From Acidobacteriota bacterium (GTDB lineage: Bacteria; Acidobacteriota; UBA890; WLXD01), in the NCBI GenBank assembly GCA_036012155.1, contig DASCOT010000052.1, forward strand, positions 1 through 62,960: DNA of 62,960 nucleotides. The letters are read 5' to 3'. Position 1 is the first letter of the stretch. Each line of letters begins with the position of its first letter. The notes beneath the pieces are model-generated. The model made no database searches, was not told the origin of the DNA, and worked only from the letters and a program-made list of their open reading frames with translations. Below are positions 51,885 through 61,585 of this stretch, piece after piece. Made by a program: the position numbers and the translations under genes.

Positions 51885-52931
51885 ATGAAGATCGGACTCG
51901 TAGGATTCCCCGGCAGTGGCAAGACCACCGTCTTCAACGCGCTCACCGGCCTGGCCGCCCAGACTGGACCCGGCGCGTCGAAGCCCGGCACCAAGAACCT
52001 GGGCGTGGTGAAGGTTCCCGACGACCGCGTCGACCGCCTGGCGACCCTCTACCAACCGAAGAAGACAACCCACGCAGAGATCCTGTTCTGCGACATTGCC
52101 GGTGGAACAGGGCCGCGCGAACTCGATCGCAGCGTCCTCAACAGCATGCGTGAGATGGACGCCCTCGCCCAGGTTCTGCGCGCCTTCGACAACAGTGCGC
52201 TGGGAGTTGATCAGGATCCACAACGGGAGTTGCTCGACCTGCAGACGGAGACAGTTCTGGCGGATCTGGAAATCGTCGAGCGCCGCATCGCCCGTCTGCG
52301 CAAGGATGGATCCGCTCCGCAGGAACTCAGCCTACTCGAGCAGATCGAGAGCCATCTCGAAGCCGAGCAACCGCTGCGCACGCTCGACCTCGACGACACG
52401 GCGCGGAAGCTCGTCTCCGGCTATCAGTTCTTGACGCTCAAGCCTCTGTTACTGGTGCTCAACGTCGAGGAAAGCAGCGTCGCCGACCCTGTTCCGGAAT
52501 CGCTGGACGAAACCGCGAGCGCTATCGGCACCGGCATCGTGCCGCTGTCGGCCCGTGTCGAGATGGACATCGCCCAAATGCCGGCCGACGAGCGCCCCGA
52601 GTTCTACGCGGAACTGGGTCTCGGGGAATCGGCCCGAGCGCGGTTCGTCCGCTCGGCGCTCGACCTGCTCGACCTCATTACAATGCTGACGGTTGGGCCG
52701 GACGAGTGCCGGGGCTGGGCCGTGCGAGCTGGCAGCGCCGCTCCGCGGGCCGCCGGCAAGGTCCACTCCGATATCGAGCACGGGTTCATTCGCGCCGAAG
52801 TAGTGCGCTGGGACGAGTTGCTCGAGCTCGGCAGCGAAGCCAAGTGTCGCGAGGCCGGGAAGCTGCGGGTCGAGGGACGCGACTACGTGATCCAAGACGG
52901 CGATGTGGTGAACTTCCGTTTCAACGTCTGA
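51885..52931 (+). CDS. ychF: YchF/Obg-family ATPase
   Basis: [58 protein letters not shown]. Confidence 0.93.
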   Translation: MKIGLVGFPGSGKTTVFNALTGLAAQTGPGASKPGTKNLGVVKVPDDRVDRLATLYQPKKTTHAEILFCDIAGGTGPRELDRSVLNSMREMDALAQVLRAFDNSALGVDQDPQRELLDLQTETVLADLEIVERRIARLRKDGSAPQELSLLEQIESHLEAEQPLRTLDLDDTARKLVSGYQFLTLKPLLLVLNVEESSVADPVPESLDETASAIGTGIVPLSARVEMDIAQMPADERPEFYAELGLGESARARFVRSALDLLDLITMLTVGPDECRGWAVRAGSAAPRAAGKVHSDIEHGFIRAEVVRWDELLELGSEAKCREAGKLRVEGRDYVIQDGDVVNFRFNV

Positions 52932-52952
52932 CTGTCCGCGACCCGAGCGCAG

Positions 52953-53567
52953 TCACTCGCCCCCGGCCGACGACCCGCGAGGCTGAATCCTGTCGACCAC
53001 GAGCCGCAGCAGCTCTTCGTGAACGGCCTCGGGCGCTGCAGTGGCATCTATACGGACAATGCTCTCGCCGTCGCAGTAGCTCAGGTAACGGGCACGCACC
53101 CCGTCCAGGTAATCGCGCTCTTCGAAGGTATTGGTGGCACCGCGGGCGGCGCGAATGCGCTGCCGCGCCACGTCTGCAGGGATGTCGAGCAACAGTGTGA
53201 GATCCGGGGGTGGAGCAATCGCCTCGTTGGCCGCCAAGATCTCGACCGGGTCGACGCCGAGTGCGCCCTGGTAAACCACCGACGAGAGGTAGTAGCGGTC
53301 CATGATCACCACCTTGCCGGCCGCCAGAGCCGGCAGAATATTGCTGCGCACGTCGATGCGGCGATCCTCCAGGAAGAGGCGCATTTCCTCGCGTGGCGAC
53401 ACGTCGCGCCCTTCCACGAAGATGCGGCGCAGCTCGCGGCCATACTCGGTGTCCCCGGGCTCACGGAACGTCGCTGCCGCCAGGCCGCGCTCGATTAGCG
53501 CCGCCGTCAGCAATCGAGCTTGCGTCGATTTGCCGCAGCCGTCGATCCCTTCGAGGGCCACAAGCAT
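52953..53567 (-). CDS. tmk: Thymidylate kinase
   Basis: EGIDGCGKSTQ, REPG, MDRYYLSSVVYQG, PDLTLLLD. Confidence 0.95.
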   Translation of the reverse strand: MLVALEGIDGCGKSTQARLLTAALIERGLAAATFREPGDTEYGRELRRIFVEGRDVSPREEMRLFLEDRRIDVRSNILPALAAGKVVIMDRYYLSSVVYQGALGVDPVEILAANEAIAPPPDLTLLLDIPADVARQRIRAARGATNTFEERDYLDGVRARYLSYCDGESIVRIDATAAPEAVHEELLRLVVDRIQPRGSSAGGE

Positions 53568-53644
53568 TCCTTGGCCGCCTGCCGTGTGTGTCGCGCGCTC
53601 TATACTCACCAGCACGGCATTGTTTCATACCGTGAAGGAGCGAG

Positions 53645-54733
53645 ATGTCCCAGACCGAAGAGCAGTCGAGGCCACGACGAGAGCGTTCCACCGGCTTGGC
53701 TCTAACCACACTCGCAATGAGCCTGGCGCTGATCAGCCTCGGCGCTCGGCCGGTCTCGCACGCGACGCGACCCGGTTCCGAGATCGCATACACGGTTCCT
53801 GTGGCGACGTTTTCCATCGTCGCCTTCGATCCCGACACCGGCGATCTCGGTGTCGCGGTGCAGTCGAAGTTCTTCGGTGTCGGTGCCGTCGTGCCATGGG
53901 CTCGGGCCGGCATCGGGGCGGTGGCCACCCAGGCGCGCGCCAACACGACCTACGGACCGCGGGGCTTGGATCTCCTATCCGACGGCGACTCGGCCGAGCA
54001 AGTGGTTGCGGCGCTCACCGACGCCGACGACGGTCGAAGCCGACGCCAGCTCGGTGTTGTTGACGCCGCCGGCAACGCGGCCACCTTTACCGGCGATGCG
54101 TGCCTGCCTTGGGCGGGTGGTCAGGTTGGCACACATTACGCTGCCCAGGGCAATATCCTCGCCGGTACCGAGGTCGTCGAGGCCATGGCGGCCACGTTCG
54201 AAGCCAGCAAAGGTGACCTGGCCACGCGGCTGGCCGCGGCGCTGGCTGCTGGGCAGGCCGCTGGTGGAGACGCTCGCGGACGCCAGTCGGCGGCCTTGCT
54301 CGTGGTCCGCGAAGCGGGTGGCTACGGACAGCTCAATGACCGCTACATCGACTTGCGCGTCGAGGACCACCCCGCACCGATTGCGGAGTTGCGCCGGTTA
54401 CTCGATATGCGGCAAGGACAGCTGGCGAGCCAACTTGCCGCCGAGTACCTGGCCGCGGGCGAGTTGGCTTCGGCGCTCGAGCACGCTGGCAGGGCCACGG
54501 TCCTGTATCCCAACAACGGATATGCCTGGTTATTGTTGGCCTCGGTCCGCGTAGCGCGCGGCGAGACGGAGAAGGCCGCCACTGCCGGCCGCGAGGCCCT
54601 GATGCGTGACCCCTGGCTCAAGACGGCGGTGATGCGCGATGTATTCGGCGGCAACATCCGGGAATCGGTGGAGCCGCTGTTGCTCATCGATTCTTTCGCA
54701 CGGCTGTGGGAGACGATCCCGGTACGCCGTTGA
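53645..54733 (+). CDS. DUF1028 (Ntn-hydrolase-like) exported protein with C-terminal TPR
   Basis: TFSIVAFDP..GVAVQS, ATQA, QGNILAG, GGDARGRQSAAL, DLRVEDH; TPR-like helices. Confidence 0.88.
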   Translation: MSQTEEQSRPRRERSTGLALTTLAMSLALISLGARPVSHATRPGSEIAYTVPVATFSIVAFDPDTGDLGVAVQSKFFGVGAVVPWARAGIGAVATQARANTTYGPRGLDLLSDGDSAEQVVAALTDADDGRSRRQLGVVDAAGNAATFTGDACLPWAGGQVGTHYAAQGNILAGTEVVEAMAATFEASKGDLATRLAAALAAGQAAGGDARGRQSAALLVVREAGGYGQLNDRYIDLRVEDHPAPIAELRRLLDMRQGQLASQLAAEYLAAGELASALEHAGRATVLYPNNGYAWLLLASVRVARGETEKAATAGREALMRDPWLKTAVMRDVFGGNIRESVEPLLLIDSFARLWETIPVRR

Positions 54734-54751
54734 GCCGAAGCTCCGGTGACC

Positions 54752-56503
54752 CTAACCGCCGAACACGCCGACTTCCCGGATCTCGATCTGTACCTGGCTG
54801 CCGGGGCGCATGCGCTGCGGCGTAGCCACGAAGGCGACGCCGGTAACCTGCGCGAGCTCTTCGTCGAGTAGCTCACCGCGCACCATCTGTCCGTCCGCTC
54901 CGATCCGCCGGAAACGTCGCCACGGTGACAGGGTCGGTGTTGCCTCTGGCGAGCTCGCAACGATCAGTTCCCACGTTTGCTCACCGTTTTCCGAGGCGGT
55001 CCAGACGCGCATGCTCACTCGCCACTCACGCTCCGACGACAGTCCCGCGGTCAGGCCCAGGGTTCGGCTCCAATCCTGCGCGGCTTCCGGTCGCCAGGCC
55101 ACCGCGGAGAAGGCGTCTGCAGCCGCCTCACTGGGTACGCGAACGTTCCACAGGAGGCCATCAACCATCGGTGCCATGGCGCTCGCCGAGAGCGCGTCGC
55201 TTTCCGCCGCCCAACCTGGCTCCGGCAATAGCGGTCGCGCCGTCTGCGGCGCCGGCAATCGAGGTGCCGGGTACACTCGGGCCGCGGTGATCGCCGCCGC
55301 AGGCCAGAGATAGATCGGGTTGCTGATGATCCACGGCGTTGCACCCGGCTGTCCGCCACCCGGTGGTCCCGTGGTGCGGTACACCTCGATGCGATACGTC
55401 CCCGGCGCCGGGGCCTCGAGCTCCAACCCCGTTCCCTCAGCGCGACCTACCACCTCCCCGTCGCGCAGCAGCAGCACCGTATAGTCGCCCGGCGCGCCAA
55501 GCCGCGCCTCGAGAGTCCAGCGCCCATCGCCCCAGCTCCTCGTCTCTCCCGGAAGGACATTGCTACCGTCGGATCCCGTCGCAACGAACGAGGTGCCGGG
55601 TGCGCGCCCCGCAGCCGAAAGCTCGATGGCCACTCGCCCGCTCTGCAGCCGTCGCACCAGGCGGCCGGCAACGGCGCGGTCGGCGACGCCGGGCAAGGGT
55701 GGCTCGTCCATCCACACCAGGGTGGTCACGGTGCCCAACGCGATGTCGTAGCTCGGTACGCCAAGCCCACGTACCGGGCCGTGCGCATCAACGGATCCGA
55801 TCGCAACCAGAGGTCGCGGCAAGGACGCACCGGACAGCGACGTGCGGGCGCTCCATAGGTCGAGGGCGGGCGGGCGGGCGCTCAGCACACGTAAGCCAGC
55901 GGCACTGGGGCTCGCCGGGTAGGCCAACGTCGCCCGCAATCGCTGTGCCATCGACAGTCGATCGAGCGCCCCCGACAAGCTCACTACTTCGATGCCCGCA
56001 ACTCCGCCAAGACCGGCTGTCCAGGCCGGATCGCCGCCCGGGTGCGCGACCCACGAGGCACCGCCCAAGACTCGAATATCCTCGAGCGCCTGGCGCGCCT
56101 GCGGTCCCAATGCGTACGGGTGTGCCGACACGGCGAGCGCCAGAAGATGGCCGTCGCGCGTGGAGATCTCTTCGCCGACAAGCACCAAGACCGAGCCGTA
56201 CCATCCCGGTACCGCTCGCCCCGCCGTACCGCGCGCGCCGGTGTGGTCCGACAGCACGACGAAATCGAGCCCGACTCGGCGGGCCGCAGCAGCAATCTCG
56301 CCCACGGTTCCGGTGGCATCGGCCGACAATTCCGTGTGCACGTGAACCGCGCCGCGCCACGCATAGCCTGTTGCGCTCGCCAGCGTTGGATCGAGCCTCG
56401 GCGCCCGGTAACCGATCACGCCCGCCGTACCCAACCAGGCGAGCCAGAGAGCCAGAGCAGCGCCGCAAGCTAGCAAAGCCGCGGGCACGATCCGCGAACG
56501 CAT
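54752..56503 (-). CDS. Membrane-anchored PHP-domain (CehA/McbA-like) metallohydrolase
   Basis: GAVHVHT..D, SDH, GEEIST..GH, AHP, SVDAH, SNPIY. Confidence 0.82.
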   Translation of the reverse strand: MRSRIVPAALLACGAALALWLAWLGTAGVIGYRAPRLDPTLASATGYAWRGAVHVHTELSADATGTVGEIAAAARRVGLDFVVLSDHTGARGTAGRAVPGWYGSVLVLVGEEISTRDGHLLALAVSAHPYALGPQARQALEDIRVLGGASWVAHPGGDPAWTAGLGGVAGIEVVSLSGALDRLSMAQRLRATLAYPASPSAAGLRVLSARPPALDLWSARTSLSGASLPRPLVAIGSVDAHGPVRGLGVPSYDIALGTVTTLVWMDEPPLPGVADRAVAGRLVRRLQSGRVAIELSAAGRAPGTSFVATGSDGSNVLPGETRSWGDGRWTLEARLGAPGDYTVLLLRDGEVVGRAEGTGLELEAPAPGTYRIEVYRTTGPPGGGQPGATPWIISNPIYLWPAAAITAARVYPAPRLPAPQTARPLLPEPGWAAESDALSASAMAPMVDGLLWNVRVPSEAAADAFSAVAWRPEAAQDWSRTLGLTAGLSSEREWRVSMRVWTASENGEQTWELIVASSPEATPTLSPWRRFRRIGADGQMVRGELLDEELAQVTGVAFVATPQRMRPGSQVQIEIREVGVFGG

Positions 56504-56513
56504 GGTCCGCTGC

Positions 56514-57146
56514 TTACTCGCCGCTAAAGGCAGGATCGCGTCGCAGGGCGCGCACGGTGACGCGCGTCAGATTGCTGAACAAGTCAGGATCAATATCGGC
56601 GCCGAGGGTCCCGAAATGCATCGGAACGACCACCCGGGGAGCGATGCTGTTGGCGGCCGCCGCCGCCTCTACGAGGTTCATGGTCTCGCCGCCGGAGATC
56701 GGCAGGCACGCGATGTCGACTCGCATCTGGCGCATCTCGGGGATGTAGTCCGTATCGCCGGCGTGATACAAGCGCACACCGTCGATCTCCAAGATGTATC
56801 CCACCCACGCGTTGTCGCGCTCATGCATGCGGCTCTTGCGCGTGTACGCCGGCACCGACTCGATACCGATGCCGTGCAGGGTCACCTTGTCGCCCGGCTG
56901 GATGATCCGACGTAGGCCCGGGAGGTCATTGAGCGCCGTCAGGCAGTCGCGCGGGCACACGATCTCTGTGTTCTCGCCGACGATCTTGGCAAGATCCGTC
57001 GGTGAACAGTGATCGTAGTGGGGGTGCGTGAGGAGCACGAGATCGGCACGCGGCCCGCCGACGATCCGGAACGGATCGATGTAGACACACGGAGACCCCT
57101 GTACAACGAAGCCCGAATGCCCAAGCCAGGTCAGCCGGTCGAGCAT
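56514..57146 (-). CDS. MBL-fold metallohydrolase (UlaG-like)
   Basis: WLGHSGF, IDPF, THPHYDH, YHAGDT, PMHFG. Confidence 0.9.
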   Translation of the reverse strand: MLDRLTWLGHSGFVVQGSPCVYIDPFRIVGGPRADLVLLTHPHYDHCSPTDLAKIVGENTEIVCPRDCLTALNDLPGLRRIIQPGDKVTLHGIGIESVPAYTRKSRMHERDNAWVGYILEIDGVRLYHAGDTDYIPEMRQMRVDIACLPISGGETMNLVEAAAAANSIAPRVVVPMHFGTLGADIDPDLFSNLTRVTVRALRRDPAFSGE

Positions 57147-57344
57147 ACCGTGCCACCCCCCCATGGCGCTGAGTTGCCCGCCGCAAGGTGACGAATATCC
57201 CTTGCCGCAAAAGGCAATCGGACATTATCTACGCCCTTCCGCGAAGTCAACATGCTGCGTACGTCGCAGGACGGGCCCTATATAATCGCGCTCGGTGGTC
57301 CCAACCTCACAAATGTTCTCTTCCGCGAAAGGCCGACATCGACA

Positions 57345-58205
57345 ATGGCAAAGACTTGGACCGAAGAGAATGAGGACTTCATCCGCGAGCACTTCCGGCA
57401 CAAGACCTACGCGGAGCTCGCCGATCACTTCGGCGTCAGCCAGAAGGCTATGGAGTCGAAGATCCGGCGCATGGGGCTGAAGAAACAAGACTACAAAGAG
57501 CCTGACCCCATGCCCGCCGTGCTACCGCCGCAGCCGATGGAAGAGAGCGCCGCGCCGGTGGAGACCGGGCCGACGCCCATCAAGAGCGCCAGCCTGCTGC
57601 CGCGCAGGCCGGTTCAAGCTACCGAGACACCCGCCGAACGCCAGGATCGCCTCGACGCAGAGCGCAGCGCCGCAGAGGAAGAGAAGGGCCGCCGTGCCGA
57701 GATGCGCGAGGGTGGCGCGGTCGCCAAGGCCCTCAAGAAGTTCGAGATGGGCGTGAAGCGCTACAACGACGGGGCGTTCGGAAAGGCTCTGGAGTCGTTC
57801 CAAGCGGTGGTTGCCTTGAACCCGCCGGACTCCGTACTCATGGCCCGCACCCGACAGTACCTCGCCGGCCTCGAACGGCGGGCGCGCAGTAGTGACTTCA
57901 GCCCACAGGACGCCGACGACCATTATCTGTTCGGGGTCGTCTCATTGAACGCCGGCGATCCCGCCACCGCGCTGGAGGCTTTCGCGTTGGCGCTCGACCA
58001 GGCGCCGGGGGATGATCGGATCCTCTACTGTCAGGCCGCAGCCTTGGCGCAGAAGGGCGACGCGGACGCAGCGATCAACGCCCTGCGAGCCGCCGTCGAC
58101 ATCAACGACGCCAATCGCGTCTACGCGCAGAACGATCCGGATTTCGTACCGCTGCGTGTACACGAGGACTTTCGTGGCGTCGTCAGCGGAGACGGGGGGC
58201 TGTAG
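57345..58205 (+). CDS. HTH-TPR protein
   Basis: MAKTWTEENEDFIREHF..TYAELADHFGVSQKAMESKIRRMGL, a Pro-rich linker, TPRs ending AQNDPDF. Confidence 0.78.
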   Translation: MAKTWTEENEDFIREHFRHKTYAELADHFGVSQKAMESKIRRMGLKKQDYKEPDPMPAVLPPQPMEESAAPVETGPTPIKSASLLPRRPVQATETPAERQDRLDAERSAAEEEKGRRAEMREGGAVAKALKKFEMGVKRYNDGAFGKALESFQAVVALNPPDSVLMARTRQYLAGLERRARSSDFSPQDADDHYLFGVVSLNAGDPATALEAFALALDQAPGDDRILYCQAAALAQKGDADAAINALRAAVDINDANRVYAQNDPDFVPLRVHEDFRGVVSGDGGL

Positions 58206-58227
58206 TGCCCCATGCGAGAAGTCGGTG

Positions 58228-59622
58228 ATGCTGCCGGTCCATGTCGTCATCCTCGCCGCCGGCGAGGGGACGCGCATGCGCAGCGACACGCCAAAGCTGC
58301 TGCATCGGGTTGCTGGCCGGCCAATCATTGAACACGTCGTCAATGCGGCGCGCGCCTTGTGCCCCACCAGCATCACCTTGGTCGTGCCGCCCGAGCACAC
58401 GGGAATTCGCGATACGCTAGACGATGATGCGCTGCGCTTCGCCGTGCAGGACCCGGCGCTTGGTACCGGAGACGCGGCGGCATGCGGTCTCACGGCGACG
58501 TTCCCGGACGGTGATCATGCCGGTGTGGTCGTGGTCATCAACGGCGACTGTCCGGGGATCAGCTCAACAACATTGCGCGCTTTGGTCGACGCGCACGACA
58601 CTGCTGCCGGCACGTTCTTGACGGTCTCGCTCGACGATCCAACCGGCTACGGCCGTGTGATCCAGGCTCCAGACGGCGCCCTGGAGCGAATCGTAGAGGA
58701 GACCGATGCCACCGACGAGGAGCGTGCGCTCCGTGAGGTCAACGCAGGGATCTATTTGTTCACGGCTACCGCGCTGCGCGATGCGCTGGACGCGCTGAAA
58801 CCCGACAATAGCCAAGGCGAGTTCTACCTGACCGACACACTGCAGGTCCTATCGAACCGAGGCGATAGCGTGACGCTGTTCCATCACTCCGACGCCGACG
58901 AGGTACATGGAGTGAACACGCGCGGTGAGCTAGCGCGTGCCGAGGCGTTCCTTCGCCGCCGCAAGCTCGACGAGCTCATGGAGGCCGGCGTCACGCTGCG
59001 CAATCCCGCCGCCGTGTCCGTGGACGTCGACGTTCACGTCGGCAACGATACCGTGCTGTATCCGGGCGTCACCCTCGAAGCGGCTTCAGCTGTGGGGCAA
59101 CGATGCACCCTCTACCCCAACGTCCGGGTCACCGCGAGCCAGATTGGCGACGACGTGGTCGTGTACGACGGGTGCGTGCTCGAGCACGCCGTCGTGGAGA
59201 GCGGCGCTAGGGTTGGGCCGTACGCGCGGCTGCGTCCCGGAGCGCACATCTGCGAACGGGCCAAGGTTGGTAACTTCGTCGAGGTGAAGAAGACTAAGCT
59301 CGGCCCCGGCAGCAAAGCCGGCCATCTCGCGTACCTCGGCGACGCCGAAATCGGCGCCGACGTCAACGTTGGCGCGGGAACGATCACCTGCAACTATGAT
59401 GGCGTTAACAAGCACCAGACGCTGATTGGCGAGGGCGCGTTCATTGGCAGCAACACTGCGCTCATCGCACCAGTGCGGATCGGGCGCGGCGCCTACATTG
59501 GTGCTGGCTCGACGATTACGAAAGATGTGCCGGACCATTCTTTGGGAATTGCGCGTGGCCGGCAGGTAGTCCGAGAAGGGTGGGCGAAACGCGCCAACGC
59601 CGACCGCGACGAGCGGGACTGA
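58228..59622 (+). CDS. glmU: Bifunctional UDP-GlcNAc pyrophosphorylase/acetyltransferase
   Basis: ILAAGEGTRMRS..PKLLH, GYGRV, EVNAG, GEFYLTD, hexapeptide repeats, CNYDG. Confidence 0.97.
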   Translation: MLPVHVVILAAGEGTRMRSDTPKLLHRVAGRPIIEHVVNAARALCPTSITLVVPPEHTGIRDTLDDDALRFAVQDPALGTGDAAACGLTATFPDGDHAGVVVVINGDCPGISSTTLRALVDAHDTAAGTFLTVSLDDPTGYGRVIQAPDGALERIVEETDATDEERALREVNAGIYLFTATALRDALDALKPDNSQGEFYLTDTLQVLSNRGDSVTLFHHSDADEVHGVNTRGELARAEAFLRRRKLDELMEAGVTLRNPAAVSVDVDVHVGNDTVLYPGVTLEAASAVGQRCTLYPNVRVTASQIGDDVVVYDGCVLEHAVVESGARVGPYARLRPGAHICERAKVGNFVEVKKTKLGPGSKAGHLAYLGDAEIGADVNVGAGTITCNYDGVNKHQTLIGEGAFIGSNTALIAPVRIGRGAYIGAGSTITKDVPDHSLGIARGRQVVREGWAKRANADRDERD

Positions 59623-59707
59623 CGATTCCGGTTGCTTGAGGCAACGGCATCGGTGTAGTGATCCTCTTGGAATCAACGGTCCACTGGCGTGCGAACGGAG
59701 CTGAGAC

Positions 59708-61540
59708 ATGTGCGGCATTGTCGGTTATGTGGGCGCGCGGGAAGCGGTGCCCGTTCTGCTCGACGGCCTGCAACGCCTCGAATATCGAGGTTACGACTCA
59801 GCGGGCGTCGCGGTAGCGCGAACCAACGGCGACTTGGGGCTGCGCCGGGCCGCCGGGAAACTCGTCAACCTGGTTGCCGAACTCGAGGCCTCCCCCATCG
59901 CCGGCGACTATGGGATCGGTCACACGCGCTGGGCGACCCACGGTAAGCCGACGCTGGAGAACGCACATCCGCACCGCGATGGCAGCGGCCGCATCGTGTT
60001 GGTGCACAACGGCATTATCGAGAACTTCCTCGAGTTGCGGGAGCGACTCGCAGCGGACGGCTGCGAGTTTGTCACCGAGACCGACACCGAAGCGATCGTG
60101 CATCTGATCTCCACCCACTACGTGGGTGATTTGGCGGAAGCTGTCCGCCGCGCCCTCGATGACCTGGAAGGCATCTATGCGCTGGTCGTGATATCGCTCG
60201 ACGAGCCGCAGAAGATCGTTGCTACCCGCCAGGGGCCGCCGATCGTTGTCGGCCTCGGAGAGGGCGAGAACTTCATCGCCTCCGACGTTCCGCCGCTGCT
60301 CCAGTACACCCGCAACATCGTCTTCCTCGACGACGGCCAGCTAGCTGTCGTGACGCCCGACGAGGTAACGATTACAGACCGTGCCGGAAGCCCGGTCACG
60401 GTCGAGCCGCAGCGAATCACCTGGGATCCGGTCACTGCCGAGAAGGGCGGCTACAAGCACTTCATGCTCAAGGAGATCCACGAGCAGCCCACCGCCGTGC
60501 GCGACAGCCTGGTGGGGCGCGTCAACCGTACCCGCCTGGAGGTTCGCCTCGCCGAGCTCAACGTCGACGAGGAGATGGCGCGATCGATGACGGAGCTCGT
60601 CTTGCTCGGCTGCGGCACATCCTGGCATGCCGCACTGGTCGGCAAGTATTGGATCGAAGTGCTGGCCGGCCTGCCCGTGACCGTCGACCATGCGAGCGAG
60701 TTTCGCTACCGAGGGCCCATCGTCAGGCCTGGGTCGGTGGCGTGTGCCATCACCCAGTCGGGCGAAACCGCCGATACCCTGGCAGCAATGCGGGAGGCAC
60801 GCGAGCGCGGTGCCGACCTGTGGGCGATCTGTAACGTCGTGGGGTCGATGGCGACGCGCGTTGCGGACGGCGTTCTGCTGACCCAGGCGGGGCCCGAGAT
60901 CGGCGTCGCTTCTACCAAGGCGTTCACCACGCAGCTCACTTGCTTGTACTTGATCGCGCTGCGGCTCGCTGAGCTTCGCGGCCAGCTCTCACGCGAGGCG
61001 CTCGAGCTACGCCTCCACGCACTTGCCCGCATACCGCGACAAATCGAGAGCATCATCATGCGTGAGGACGAGATCGCTGAGGTCGCCCGGAGGGTGGCGC
61101 ACTTCCAACAGTTCCTCTTCATAGGTAGGGGACCTCTCTACCCGATCGCCCTGGAGGGTGCGCTCAAGCTCAAGGAAATCTCCTATATCCACGCGCATGG
61201 CTACCCGGCGGGTGAGATGAAGCACGGGCCCATTGCGTTGATCGACCGCGACGTGCCCGTCGTGGCGCTCGCGCCCCATACCGATCTGTACGAAAAGACG
61301 GCGAGCAACATACAAGAGGCCAAAGCCCGCGATGCGTTCCTGCTGGGCGTAGGCACCGAAGGGGACGACGAGCTCGGCGAGCTCAGCGATGAGCTGTTGA
61401 CGATTCCCGACTGTTTGCCAGAAGTCTCGCCGCTGCTCGCGGTCGTGCCCCTTCAGCTTCTCGCTTATCATGTAGCGGTGCAGCGCGGCTGCGACGTCGA
61501 CCAGCCGCGCAACCTCGCGAAGAGCGTCACCGTCGAATAG
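59708..61540 (+). CDS. glmS: Glutamine-fructose-6-phosphate aminotransferase
   Basis: MCGIVG, LEYRGYDSAG, GHTRWATHG, QSGETADT, PRNLAKSVTVE. Confidence 0.98.
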   Translation: MCGIVGYVGAREAVPVLLDGLQRLEYRGYDSAGVAVARTNGDLGLRRAAGKLVNLVAELEASPIAGDYGIGHTRWATHGKPTLENAHPHRDGSGRIVLVHNGIIENFLELRERLAADGCEFVTETDTEAIVHLISTHYVGDLAEAVRRALDDLEGIYALVVISLDEPQKIVATRQGPPIVVGLGEGENFIASDVPPLLQYTRNIVFLDDGQLAVVTPDEVTITDRAGSPVTVEPQRITWDPVTAEKGGYKHFMLKEIHEQPTAVRDSLVGRVNRTRLEVRLAELNVDEEMARSMTELVLLGCGTSWHAALVGKYWIEVLAGLPVTVDHASEFRYRGPIVRPGSVACAITQSGETADTLAAMREARERGADLWAICNVVGSMATRVADGVLLTQAGPEIGVASTKAFTTQLTCLYLIALRLAELRGQLSREALELRLHALARIPRQIESIIMREDEIAEVARRVAHFQQFLFIGRGPLYPIALEGALKLKEISYIHAHGYPAGEMKHGPIALIDRDVPVVALAPHTDLYEKTASNIQEAKARDAFLLGVGTEGDDELGELSDELLTIPDCLPEVSPLLAVVPLQLLAYHVAVQRGCDVDQPRNLAKSVTVE

Positions 61541-61585
61541 CCGTTCGTCGGACCCCCGGGTCGCGACGGCACCGGACCACCCACT

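Noticed and set aside
59623-59707. glmS ribozyme
   Set aside because: The spacer is only 85 nt and lacks the AGCGC/GACGAGG core.
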